A stretch of 64,000 nucleotides of DNA from an uncultured Bacilli bacterium. Its GTDB lineage: Bacteria > Bacillota_I > Bacilli_A > RF39 > UBA660. The translations under genes were made by a program, and so were the position numbers. The notes under the pieces were generated by a model. It did not search any database. It was not told the DNA's origin and saw only the letters and a list, made by a program, of their open reading frames with translations. The first letter of the stretch is position 1, and the number at the start of each line of letters is the position of its first letter. Below, in pieces: positions 10,659 to 19,599 of the stretch. The stretch is from contig CAKOMR010000002.1 in assembly GCA_934096705.1 (NCBI GenBank), positions 68,383 to 132,382 on the forward strand, in the 5' to 3' direction.

Positions 10659-11206
10659 ATATTCTCCTTTATCATACAGTCAACAGCTTTGATGTAATCA
10701 ATTCCTCTTAAATAATTATAACTTAGTTTATAACCATTTTCATTTATATAATCATAAGGTATGCTTTTTCTTTCTGCATTATTTATAAATTCAATTATTT
10801 TTGTTCCTGGTAATGCGAAAAATTCATTGTTAATACCTATTAATAAAAAGCAAATTCCTTTATGATTTAAAATATTTTTCATATGTTTTATTTGATGTTC
10901 AGCTATATTTGATAGTGGTAAATAGTTTTTATTTGTATTTTTTGCATCAAATTCTATATAATAGCCTTTATAAAGCCCATTATAATCAAGCGTTGATTCG
11001 GTTTTATAGAAAGCATCAGTAATTCTTTTTGTATTATAATCATACTTTACAACTTGAATTGGTGTAGGTTTTTTATATATAATTGCAATATTATTATCAA
11101 TATAATAGTCATTAATTTGGTTAATTAAACTTTCTAAATCCATTCCTCTGTTGGCGTAGTTTATAGTTTTTTTATAAACTTTATTAATGCTTTTTGGATA
11201 ATTCAT
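10655..11206 (-). CDS. recU: Holliday junction resolvase RecU
   Basis: 183 aa with YANRGMDLE...IYKKPTPIQVV...DYNG.Y.G..I.FDAK motifs. recU-ponA operon arrangement as in Bacillus. Confidence 0.88.
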   Translation of the reverse strand: MNYPKSINKVYKKTINYANRGMDLESLINQINDYYIDNNIAIIYKKPTPIQVVKYDYNTKRITDAFYKTESTLDYNGLYKGYYIEFDAKNTNKNYLPLSNIAEHQIKHMKNILNHKGICFLLIGINNEFFALPGTKIIEFINNAERKSIPYDYINENGYKLSYNYLRGIDYIKAVDCMIKENI

Positions 11207-11403
11207 TTATATTCACCATTATCAGTATAACACATATTTAAAATAAAATAAATGATAGGTTTTGTCGAAACTATTGAAAAATTAAAATAATTTATCATAT
11301 TATTAAATAGGTGATAAAATGAATATTGATTATTTAATTTCAAAATTACTTGAAGAAACTAATTATGCTAAAATTTTGGTTAATCTTGATAACCTTACCG
11401 ATG

Positions 11404-11433
11404 TTGACAAATAAGAACAATTTTTGCTATAAT
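11404..11433 (+). promoter_or_regulatory. near-consensus sigma-A promoter for gpsB (TTGACA-N18-TATAAT with TGc extended -10)
   Basis: TTGACA at 11404-11409 and TGCTATAAT ending at 11433, about 22 nt upstream of the gpsB ATG. Confidence 0.75.
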
Positions 11434-11455
11434 TTTTTTGTTAGAAGGTGTAAAA

Positions 11456-11788
11456 ATGTATAATGAAAAGATTTATTTGACACCAGGGGAAATATTGGAA
11501 CATGATTTCAAAATTGATGCAAGAGGTTATCGCCCACAAGAAGTCGATAAGTATCTTGACATGATTATAAGAGATTATACAGAATATAATAACATCATTA
11601 AGAATCTAAAGAAACAAATTAATGATTTAACTTCCGATAATTATACATTGAAGCAAGAAATTCGTTCACTTAGAGAAAAACTTGAAGCTCAAAGTGATGA
11701 TTCTAACACAACAAAGTCAGTAACAAATATTGACTTACTTCGAAGAATTAGCAACCTTGAAAAAATAGTATATGGAAAAAACGAATAA
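11456..11788 (+). CDS. gpsB: cell-cycle protein GpsB (DivIVA-domain)
   Basis: FKIDARGYRPQEVDKYLDMIIRDY DivIVA-like N-domain plus a short coiled coil. ATG at 11456 behind a GAAGGTG RBS; the track ORF starts at TTG 11438. Followed by rnpB. Confidence 0.88.
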   Translation: MYNEKIYLTPGEILEHDFKIDARGYRPQEVDKYLDMIIRDYTEYNNIIKNLKKQINDLTSDNYTLKQEIRSLREKLEAQSDDSNTTKSVTNIDLLRRISNLEKIVYGKNE

Positions 11789-12140
11789 TATCTTTAGACA
11801 AACGCTATAAATGAATTTTTATAGAGGAAAGTCCATGCTCACTTATCCTGCGATGGATAAAAATGTTCGTGTTTAAGGAAAAAATAACTTAAAGTAGTAA
11901 TTTATTACTAACGGCTCTGAAAATTTCTGAAAATGAAATGATTAAGTATAAAAGTGCCAAAGAGACGAGTCTTTTAGAAATAAAAGAAGTGGAACGTGGT
12001 AAACCCCACGAGTGAGAAACCCAAATTTTGGTAGGGGAGCTAGTCAAAGGAAACTGAACTGATGACTGGATGTAGCTTAGCTACATAGATAAATGTTTGT
12101 CACCATTTTATGGTACAGAACATGGCTTATTAAGATATTA
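11787..12140 (+). ncRNA. rnpB: RNase P RNA (bacterial, Firmicutes type B-like)
   Basis: Conserved GAGGAAAGTCCATGCTC (P4 5' strand) and ACAGAACATGGCTTA (P4 3' strand). P1 pairing AATATCTT/AAGATATT and P2 GACAAAC/GTTTGTC. T-run after the 3' end. Ends are good to about 5 nt. Confidence 0.9.
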
Positions 12141-12172
12141 TTTTTTTTATTTTAAATTAAGGAGAGATTTTT

Positions 12173-12643
12173 TTGAAAGATATTGGAAGCCTCTTACTAT
12201 CAACAAGAGAAGCTGCCGGACTTTCACTTGATGAAGTTAGCAGTGATCTTAGTATAGAAAAGGCAGTACTTGAAAATATCGAGGATGGGAAAACCGGAGC
12301 ATTTTCTGATATATTTTTATTAAAAAAATATATTAGTAACTATTCTAAATATTTAGGATTAGATGCCGACAAAATTGTAGATGAATTTAATGAATATGTA
12401 TTTGAATCAACTTCAAAGATCCCTGTAAAAGATATTGTTAAAAAAATAGAACAAAATAATAAAGAGTCAAATGATGATAAAATAATGTCACCTTATACAA
12501 GACTTGAAAAAAAGCCAAATAATGCATTATACTTATTTATATACATTCTTATTGTATTATTAGTAATTATAGCTGCATTTTGGGCTGTTAAACAAATAAC
12601 AATTAATACACAAGTTGCAAAAGATATAAGTTATAAGGAGTAA
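12173..12643 (+). CDS. rodZ: RodZ-like short protein (XRE-type HTH + single TM)
   Basis: N-terminal HTH LLSTREAAGLSLDEVSSDLSIEKAVLENIEDG and C-terminal TM LYLFIYILIVLLVIIAAFWAV. Sits directly upstream of pgsA like B. subtilis rodZ (ymfM). TTG start behind GGAGAG. Confidence 0.6.
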   Translation: MKDIGSLLLSTREAAGLSLDEVSSDLSIEKAVLENIEDGKTGAFSDIFLLKKYISNYSKYLGLDADKIVDEFNEYVFESTSKIPVKDIVKKIEQNNKESNDDKIMSPYTRLEKKPNNALYLFIYILIVLLVIIAAFWAVKQITINTQVAKDISYKE

Positions 12644-12646
12644 AAA

Positions 12647-13252
12647 ATGAATTTACCAAATAAATTAACTATTTCAAGAATAGTACTAGCATTTATAATA
12701 TTGGTTATGTTATGTTTGCCTTGGCATGCAATGGGTTTTAACTGGCCAGTATATTTATTTCATGGTGTAACGTTTAATTTAAAATATATTATAGCAGGAG
12801 TACTTTTCTTAATTGCCTCAGTGACAGATAAACTTGATGGTTACATTGCAAGAAAATATAATATGGTTACTGATTTTGGAAAAATGGCTGATGCAATAGC
12901 AGATAAAATATTAGTTAATGGAGTACTTATTATTTTAGCTTATGATAGAATTATACCTTTAGTAATACCAGTGGTAATTATTACACGTGATATAATCACT
13001 GACACTTGCAAAATGATTTCAGGAAATAAAGGGAAAGTTGTTGCAGCATCAAGTATGGGAAAAATTAAAACTGCTTTTATGATGGTTGGCTTAACACTTA
13101 CTTTCTTTAATAATTTCCCTTGTGAATTCTTTCATTTTCCACTTTCAAAATTATGTTTAATTATTGCTACAATATTTAGTGTAATAAGTGGTTGTCAATA
13201 TTATTATAAAACAAGAGAATTTGTTATTCCAAAAGATGAAAAGAAAAAATAA
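12647..13252 (+). CDS. pgsA: CDP-diacylglycerol--glycerol-3-phosphate 3-phosphatidyltransferase
   Basis: CDP-alcohol phosphotransferase motif DKLDGYIARKYNMVTDFGKMADAIADK; multi-TM. Confidence 0.9.
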   Translation: MNLPNKLTISRIVLAFIILVMLCLPWHAMGFNWPVYLFHGVTFNLKYIIAGVLFLIASVTDKLDGYIARKYNMVTDFGKMADAIADKILVNGVLIILAYDRIIPLVIPVVIITRDIITDTCKMISGNKGKVVAASSMGKIKTAFMMVGLTLTFFNNFPCEFFHFPLSKLCLIIATIFSVISGCQYYYKTREFVIPKDEKKK

Positions 13253-13329
13253 AGTGTTTTCATCTTTTTTTGTGCCCAAACAACATATTTTATTTCGAAT
13301 AATATAAAGTAAAAGGAGGATTACCTATA

Positions 13330-13584
13330 ATGAATTGTGAAAAAAGACCTGCAATGGAAGAAATGGGTAAAGTAGAAAATATGATGGGACAAATGTGTGA
13401 ACCAATTTACGAATGTCCTGAAGAAAGGGTTTGCCACAGATATATTTGTTACGAAGTACCACACATTAAACCATGCAACACAAGAATAATTAATCATCAT
13501 ATTTATAAACATACATTTACACCATGTAATACTTGCTGTGAAGAAAATGTAGTCGAAAATATTTATGATAGAAAATGTTGTTAA
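13330..13584 (+). CDS. small Cys/His-rich protein, CotD-like (inner spore coat protein D family) candidate
   Basis: 84 aa with a strong AAAGGAGGA RBS. Pattern VCHRYICYEVPHIKPCNTRIINHHIYKHTFTPC resembles CotD His/Pro-rich repeats. 11 Cys. Confidence 0.5.
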   Translation: MNCEKRPAMEEMGKVENMMGQMCEPIYECPEERVCHRYICYEVPHIKPCNTRIINHHIYKHTFTPCNTCCEENVVENIYDRKCC

Positions 13585-13585
13585 T

Positions 13586-13610
13586 AAAAGTTCTTAATTG
13601 AACTTTTTTA
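13586..13610 (+). terminator. intrinsic terminator
   Basis: AAAAGTTC-ttaatt-GAACTTTT hairpin plus T-run, just after the stop at 13584. Confidence 0.65.
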
Positions 13611-13643
13611 TTTATGTTGTTATAATGTTTTTATGGAGTAATT

Positions 13644-14051
13644 ATGATAATTGAATATCTTGTGCATTTAAATAATGATTCGTTTATTGTAAGTTTTGAT
13701 ACGCAGTATGTTATAAAAGAAAATGCTTATATTGTATTTAAAAAAAGTAAAAAAATATTTGAAACTAGTCAGATTAATAGGCTTTGTAAATTTATTGAAG
13801 ATGCTTTTAATGTTGAGGCCTTTAATGATTTGCTTAAAAAAACTCATGGTATATATGAGCTTTCTAGTGTACTATATATTTATTCATATTTTAATGAAAT
13901 AAATTCAATTACTGCATGTTATAATGATACAAAAACAATTTATAAAAAAGAATATATTGATAACATTATAGAAAAACTCGATATTAAAGTTAAAAATTTA
14001 TATCCGAAAGATATTAACGATGAAACTACTTGGAAAAAAATGGAGGGTTAA
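13644..14051 (+). CDS. hypothetical protein
   Basis: 135-aa ORF, codirectional and tightly spaced with the next gene. No family recognised. Confidence 0.5.
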   Translation: MIIEYLVHLNNDSFIVSFDTQYVIKENAYIVFKKSKKIFETSQINRLCKFIEDAFNVEAFNDLLKKTHGIYELSSVLYIYSYFNEINSITACYNDTKTIYKKEYIDNIIEKLDIKVKNLYPKDINDETTWKKMEG

Positions 14052-14052
14052 T

Positions 14053-15408
14053 ATGAAAGTAACAGAAAAAGCAAAAAAATTTGCAATAATGGCTCATTTT
14101 GGACAAGTTAGAAAAAGTGAAAAAGATAAGCCAATGATTATTCATCCAATAGATGTAGCATACATATTAAAAAAATATGGATTTGATGATAACGTTATTG
14201 CTGCGGGATACTTACATGATGTTATCGAAGATACCAAATATACAAAAAATGACATTTATAATAATTTTGGTGAAGATATATTATCTTTAGTTATGGGAGA
14301 TACAGAAAAAGATAAAAGTTTAAGCTGGGAAGAACGAAAAGAAGTTACTATTGAAGAAGTAAAAAAACTTGATTTAAGACATAAAGCTATTGTTTGTGCC
14401 GATAAAATAAGTAATCTTGAGGATTTGATTATTTGTTTTCAAAAATTTGGCAAAAAGTCTTTTTCTTGTTTCAAAAGAGGCTATGAAAAACAAAAATGGT
14501 ATTATGAAAGCATATACGAAAGTTTGATTTATAATGAAGATGAGAATATGCCAATGTTTGTATTTTTAAAAAATTTAATTAATGAAGCTTTTACTTTAGA
14601 GGAAAATAATTTTGCCAAAGATGAAATATTTAAAGGAAAACAAAAAGAATATAAAAAACTTAAAAATTTACATTTTAGAAAAGTTGAAATAATGAAATTA
14701 AAAAGATTATTTGATTTACCTACATATGTAATAGAGTTTACAGGTACTCCGCGTACAGGCAAAACAACTCTTATTAATAATTTAAAAGATTTTTTTAAAA
14801 AGGGTGGTTTTGAAGTTTCTGTTTTAGAGGAGTTTACTACATCTGAAAAATATAAAAAAGAAATATTTCCACTTTTAAAAGATAAGTATAAAAATATTGT
14901 AAATATAGAAATACCTAAATATGTAAGATGTCAACTTGAAGATGCTCTAAAAGAAAATAGTGATATTATTATTGTTGACCGAAGCCTATTTGATAGACTT
15001 ATTTGGGTAGAAAGATTACATATTAAAAATGGTATGAATGACCAAGAATATAATGATTTTTTTGAAGATTATACTAAAGTTATTCAAAAAGAAATAAATT
15101 CAATAATTGCAACATATACAGATAGTTTAACGTCATTAAAAAGAGATTATAATGCAAATTTATCACTTGAAAAAAGAAATTTTTTGAATATGGAAAATGT
15201 TAATGAATATAATGAAGCTTTATTAAATGTGAAAACTATAGCAGAAAGTAAGAATATTAATATTGATTTATTTGATACAACATTTAAAAGTGAAAGAACT
15301 ATTTCAATAAATGTTGCTGATAAATTATTAACACAAATGAGAGAATTTTATTTAAATAAAATAAAAATATATTTAGAAGGAAGTGAGGAGAAATATGATA
15401 AAATCTAA
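14053..15408 (+). CDS. fusion protein: SpoT/RelA-type HD (pp)pGpp-hydrolase-like domain + P-loop (deoxy)nucleoside-kinase-like domain
   Basis: N-terminal AHFGQVRKSEKDKPMIIHPIDVAYIL...AAGYLHDVIEDT (HD). C-terminal Walker A GTPRTGKTT and DRSLFDRLIW (ERS-like dNK motif). ATG at 14053 behind GGAGGG. Confidence 0.65.
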   Translation: MKVTEKAKKFAIMAHFGQVRKSEKDKPMIIHPIDVAYILKKYGFDDNVIAAGYLHDVIEDTKYTKNDIYNNFGEDILSLVMGDTEKDKSLSWEERKEVTIEEVKKLDLRHKAIVCADKISNLEDLIICFQKFGKKSFSCFKRGYEKQKWYYESIYESLIYNEDENMPMFVFLKNLINEAFTLEENNFAKDEIFKGKQKEYKKLKNLHFRKVEIMKLKRLFDLPTYVIEFTGTPRTGKTTLINNLKDFFKKGGFEVSVLEEFTTSEKYKKEIFPLLKDKYKNIVNIEIPKYVRCQLEDALKENSDIIIVDRSLFDRLIWVERLHIKNGMNDQEYNDFFEDYTKVIQKEINSIIATYTDSLTSLKRDYNANLSLEKRNFLNMENVNEYNEALLNVKTIAESKNINIDLFDTTFKSERTISINVADKLLTQMREFYLNKIKIYLEGSEEKYDKI

Positions 15409-16060
15409 AGGTTGGAATTGGGAAATTGTAAATAATGATAAAAATAATATTTGGAGAATACCTAGTATTGAATCTTATTATTTAGTTAATAGATGGCTAA
15501 GTATGGGTTTTAAGGATTTTCTTGATTTGGGATGTGGCTTAGGAAGACATACTGTTTTATTTGCTTCAAATGAATTTAATGTATATGCATTTGATATAAG
15601 TGAAAATGCTATTGAAAGAACAAAAAATTGGATTGATGAACTTAATTTAAAAGCTAGTTATAAGCATGGAGATATGGTTTGTCTGCCTTATGAAAATGAT
15701 AGCTTTGATTGTATTTTGTGTAGAAATGTTATATCTCACCAGGATACTGAAGGAGTAAAAAAAATAATTTTAGAATTAAAAAGAGTGCTAAGAAATGGTG
15801 GAGAATGTTATTTAACTTTAGGCTCAAAAGAGACATGGGGCTTTAAACAAGAAGACTGGCCTTTGGTAGATGAAAATACAAGACTTAGGATGGAAGAGGG
15901 TCCAGAGTATAAAGTACCTCATTTTTATGCAGATTATAATTTGATAAAAGAATTATTTAAAGATTTTAAGATTGAATTTATTAATCATATTGAAGATTTT
16001 TATGAATCAAATGGTAAAACGTATTCTTCGTTTCATTATCATGTTTTAATAAAAAAGTAA
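15395..16060 (+). CDS. class I SAM-dependent methyltransferase
   Basis: Motif I FLDLGCGLGRH and post-I YAFDIS. ATG at 15395 behind GAGGAG. Confidence 0.8.
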   Translation: MIKSKGWNWEIVNNDKNNIWRIPSIESYYLVNRWLSMGFKDFLDLGCGLGRHTVLFASNEFNVYAFDISENAIERTKNWIDELNLKASYKHGDMVCLPYENDSFDCILCRNVISHQDTEGVKKIILELKRVLRNGGECYLTLGSKETWGFKQEDWPLVDENTRLRMEEGPEYKVPHFYADYNLIKELFKDFKIEFINHIEDFYESNGKTYSSFHYHVLIKK

Positions 16061-16063
16061 TTT

Positions 16064-16089
16064 GAATAAGATTTTCTTATTCTTTTTTT
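16064..16089 (+). terminator. intrinsic terminator
   Basis: GAATAAG-atttt-CTTATTC followed by T7. Confidence 0.7.
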
Positions 16090-16128
16090 ATTGATAAAAA
16101 TAATGATATAATATAGAGGGTGAACATT

Positions 16129-16527
16129 ATGAAAAAAGAAATTAATGTAGTAGCAGCTTTAATTATAAAGAATAATAAAGCTTTAATAGCTAAAAGATCA
16201 ACACATAAAGATGGTTTTAATCAATGGGAGTTTCCTGGGGGTAAGGTTGAAGAAAATGAAACCGACTATGAAGCTATTGAAAGGGAAATAAGAGAAGAAT
16301 TTAATGTTGAAGTTAAAGCAATTTCTTTTGTAACAAATAGTTTTTATAAATATCCACATAATGATGTAAATTTAAAACTATATGAATGTAAATATATTTC
16401 AGGCACATTTACACTTAATGTGCATAGTGCGTTTGCATGGGTAGATATTAAAGATCTATTAAATTATGACTTTGCTCCTGCGGATGAAATTTTAGCAAAG
16501 TATGTTGTTGATAAATATAATAAATAA
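16129..16527 (+). CDS. NUDIX hydrolase, MutT/NudG-like (d)NTP pyrophosphohydrolase
   Basis: Nudix box GGKVEENETDYEAIEREIREEFNV; about 130 aa. Confidence 0.82.
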   Translation: MKKEINVVAALIIKNNKALIAKRSTHKDGFNQWEFPGGKVEENETDYEAIEREIREEFNVEVKAISFVTNSFYKYPHNDVNLKLYECKYISGTFTLNVHSAFAWVDIKDLLNYDFAPADEILAKYVVDKYNK

Positions 16528-16535
16528 GAGGGCAT

Positions 16536-17414
16536 ATGAATAAGAAAATTGAATACAGTAAAAAAGTAAGTTTGGTAGGCCTTATTGGCAATATCTTTCT
16601 TTTATCAATAAAATCTTTAGTGGCATTTTCAAGTAATAGTCAATCTCTTATCGCAGACACATTTAACAGTGCTGGTGATATATTGTCATCTTTTATGACA
16701 TATGTTGGTAGTAAAATTAGTTCGAAGAAGCCTGATGAAGATCATAATTTAGGACATGGAAAAGCAGAGTATATATATAGTCTTTTAGTAAGTATTATTA
16801 TGATATTATTTTGTGTAAATGTTATAAAAAACTCCATTTTATCGATAATATTTAATGAAAAATTAAACTATTCTTTTACATTAATTGTCATTTGTATTAT
16901 TACTATATTAGTTAAGTTTGTATTATTTTTATATTCTCATTTACTTTACAAAAAAAGTAAAAGTATATTAATTAAAACTTCATGTATAGATCATAGAAAT
17001 GATATGTTAATAACGCTTACAACATTAATATCAATTCTACTTTCCCATAATAACGTGATGTATATTGATTCAATTGTGGGTATTTTAATAAGCATTTGGA
17101 TAATGTATGTAGCAGTAAAATTATTTATTGAAAGTTATAATGTTCTTATGGATAAAAGTTTAAATGATGAAACGAAAGATAAAGTAATTAACATAGTTCA
17201 TAAATATAATGACATAAAAGGTATAAGACATTTTAATTCCACTCCAGTAGGATACAAATACCAAATATCATTTACAATATTTGTCGATGGGAATATGTCA
17301 ACATTTAAAAGTCACGAAATTGCAAATAAATTAGAAAAAGAAATTATTACAAATGTTCCAGAGATATATTTGACGGTAATACATGTTAATCCAATAAAGG
17401 AGAAAAGAAAATGA
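16536..17414 (+). CDS. cation diffusion facilitator (CDF) family metal efflux transporter
   Basis: Six TMs, ADTFNSAGD and HRNDM motifs, and a C-terminal cytoplasmic domain. Confidence 0.82.
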   Translation: MNKKIEYSKKVSLVGLIGNIFLLSIKSLVAFSSNSQSLIADTFNSAGDILSSFMTYVGSKISSKKPDEDHNLGHGKAEYIYSLLVSIIMILFCVNVIKNSILSIIFNEKLNYSFTLIVICIITILVKFVLFLYSHLLYKKSKSILIKTSCIDHRNDMLITLTTLISILLSHNNVMYIDSIVGILISIWIMYVAVKLFIESYNVLMDKSLNDETKDKVINIVHKYNDIKGIRHFNSTPVGYKYQISFTIFVDGNMSTFKSHEIANKLEKEIITNVPEIYLTVIHVNPIKEKRK

Positions 17415-17635
17415 AACTAATTCATGTTATCAATATGTTATTAAAAGAAATTAATTCTAAAATACCGGATAATAATAAAAAAGATTATTTAGATGATGAA
17501 ATGGTTGTCTATAATCTTAATGATGAAGAAAAAGAACTTGTAAAAAATGGTGAATATGATCCTTGTGATTTTGATACTGAAGGACCATTTGAGGAAGATG
17601 ATTATTATAATGATGACTATGACTATGATGATTAA
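17411..17635 (+). CDS. small highly acidic protein (Asp/Tyr-rich tail), hypothetical
   Basis: 74 aa; ATGA overlap with the CDF stop. The C-terminus is EEDDYYNDDYDYDD. Confidence 0.45.
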   Translation: MKLIHVINMLLKEINSKIPDNNKKDYLDDEMVVYNLNDEEKELVKNGEYDPCDFDTEGPFEEDDYYNDDYDYDD

Positions 17636-17737
17636 GTTTAACGAATTGTTAAACTTTTTTAATATAAAATTTATTTTAAATATAACCAAATTACATTTAA
17701 TGTTATAATGTTTTTATAGAAGTTATTGGAGAATATT

Positions 17738-18562
17738 ATGATTCATAGGATGAAATTAGGTAATGAACCATTTGTAGATATTAAAAATGGTGCGAAAAAA
17801 ATTGAAATTAGATTAAATGATGAAAAAAGACAAAAAATAAAAATTAATGATTATTTAGAATTTACAAATGTAGAAACTTTAGAAATAATTTACGTAAAAG
17901 TAACAAACTTGTATAAATTTTCAACATTTGAAGAATTATTTAAAAAGATTGAATCGGGTAGGCAAGCAAAGGATATGTATTTATATTATTCGATTGCAGA
18001 TGAGGTAAAATATGGAGTAATAGGAATAGAATTAAAATATGTCAAATCTATTGAGCAAATTATACATAATGATCAAAATTTGACTTTAAATGAAGTAACT
18101 AAAGTTGTGAGAAGGGCAAAAGTAATTATTGAAAATAGTAATGGTGAAATACTTTTATGCTTTTTAAATAACAATTATTTTCTTGTTGGAGGTCACGTAG
18201 AAAATAATGAAACTGATGAAGTAACTTTAATTCGAGAAATAAAAGAAGAAACCGGAGTAACAATTAATTTTAAAGAAAATTTTCCCATAGCTAATGTAAG
18301 CTATATAAATAAAGATTATCCAGAAAAAAATATGATAACATATACTAGTTCTAATTATTACTATATTAAATGTGATTTAATTCCTGACAAAGAAAATATT
18401 AATTTAACTCAGGAAGAATTATCCGGTAATTTTGAATTAATTTATATTCAAAAAAAAGAAATTTTAAAATTTTTAAAAAACTCTATGAAAAAATGTACCA
18501 GAAAAGGAACTTTGCACGATACTATATTTGCTATAGAAACCTATTTTGCTATAGAAAAATAA
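17738..18562 (+). CDS. ASCH-domain / NUDIX hydrolase fusion protein
   Basis: N-terminal MKLGNEPFVDIKNGAKKIEIRLNDEKRQKIKINDYLEF (ASCH/PUA-like). C-terminal Nudix box GGHVENNETDEVTLIREIKEETGV. ATG at 17738 behind TGGAGA. Confidence 0.65.
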   Translation: MIHRMKLGNEPFVDIKNGAKKIEIRLNDEKRQKIKINDYLEFTNVETLEIIYVKVTNLYKFSTFEELFKKIESGRQAKDMYLYYSIADEVKYGVIGIELKYVKSIEQIIHNDQNLTLNEVTKVVRRAKVIIENSNGEILLCFLNNNYFLVGGHVENNETDEVTLIREIKEETGVTINFKENFPIANVSYINKDYPEKNMITYTSSNYYYIKCDLIPDKENINLTQEELSGNFELIYIQKKEILKFLKNSMKKCTRKGTLHDTIFAIETYFAIEK

Positions 18563-18609
18563 TTTTACATAAGTGTTTATAACGTGCTATAATTAGTACG
18601 GGTGTATTT

Positions 18610-19599
18610 ATGAAAAAAGTAAGCATAATGTATGAAGATTTTTTGAAAGAAAAAACTAAGCAAGATATTATAGATTATCTTAATTTTTTTAACATAAAAT
18701 ATAGACATAATGGTTCTAAGGACAATTTAGAAAGAATTTTATTTAATAGTCTTGAGGAAATAGTAAGATATTCATTTAATTTGTTTCAGAATGATGAACT
18801 TGCAAATATAAAATTAGTTATTAAAAATTCTGGCTATGTAAAAATTAAAGCAAATTATTTATTACAATATTTTTTAGATAATTTATCACGATTTGGACTT
18901 GTTAAAGTGATTAGTGATAAAGAATATCTTATGCCAAAAGAAGTAGTTAAATATTTTAAATTATGTTTGAAAGATAAACAAATTCTAAAAAATGTAAAAC
19001 AAAATACAAAAGAGTATAATTTACTTTTAGGCATAGTAAACACATATGGAGTTTTAACATTTGAAAAATTCTATACAATTTATAGTAAATCTTTCAAATA
19101 TAATGAAAAAGAATTATATGAGAAACTATTAATTTTACAAAAATTTTATTTGGAATTTAATATTTTAACTGATAAAAATAATAAATATGTATGTAATAAA
19201 TATTTTGAAAAGTTAAAAGATGTAAAAAAATACATTAAGAAAAAAGCTGAATATAAAGAATTTTCACAAAAAGATTTAATAAATATATATAACTTTAAGT
19301 ATATGTGTAAATTTAAACCATATAAAAAACTTTTAACATTTATAAAAAAGAATTATTATTTAAATGAAAAAGATATTAAAGTTTTTCATAAATTTGTAAT
19401 TATTCCATATTTAAATGATGTTCAAATTGATTGTGCAGGAATCGAAGAAAATTTATCAAGAAATATTGACAAATACTTTGAATATAAAAATGAAAAGCAC
19501 AAAAATAAATTTATGGAATTAATTAAAGAAATTATAAATTACTATCCAATGTGGAAATATTATGGGTTTAGTCAAATGGAGGTACAATGCGAAAAATAA
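18610..19599 (+). CDS. hypothetical protein (Lys/Asn-rich, 329 aa)
   Basis: Long ORF preceded by a TGcTATAAT element at about 18582. No family recognised. Confidence 0.5.
   Translation: MKKVSIMYEDFLKEKTKQDIIDYLNFFNIKYRHNGSKDNLERILFNSLEEIVRYSFNLFQNDELANIKLVIKNSGYVKIKANYLLQYFLDNLSRFGLVKVISDKEYLMPKEVVKYFKLCLKDKQILKNVKQNTKEYNLLLGIVNTYGVLTFEKFYTIYSKSFKYNEKELYEKLLILQKFYLEFNILTDKNNKYVCNKYFEKLKDVKKYIKKKAEYKEFSQKDLINIYNFKYMCKFKPYKKLLTFIKKNYYLNEKDIKVFHKFVIIPYLNDVQIDCAGIEENLSRNIDKYFEYKNEKHKNKFMELIKEIINYYPMWKYYGFSQMEVQCEK

Noticed and set aside
11319-11414. 31-aa ORF (MNIDYLISKLLEETNYAKILVNLDNLTDVDK) with an AGGTGA RBS in the recU/gpsB intergenic region.
   Set aside because: Its 3' end overlaps the -35 box of the near-consensus gpsB promoter. 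It shows no recognisable family and is too short to judge coding potential by eye. It might be real but is unsupported.
13284-13292. CATAtttTA upstream of the CotD-like gene, resembling a sigma-K -10 element (CATA---TA).
   Set aside because: No matching AC-type -35 at the right spacing, and in such AT-rich DNA this 6-of-9 pattern is expected by chance.
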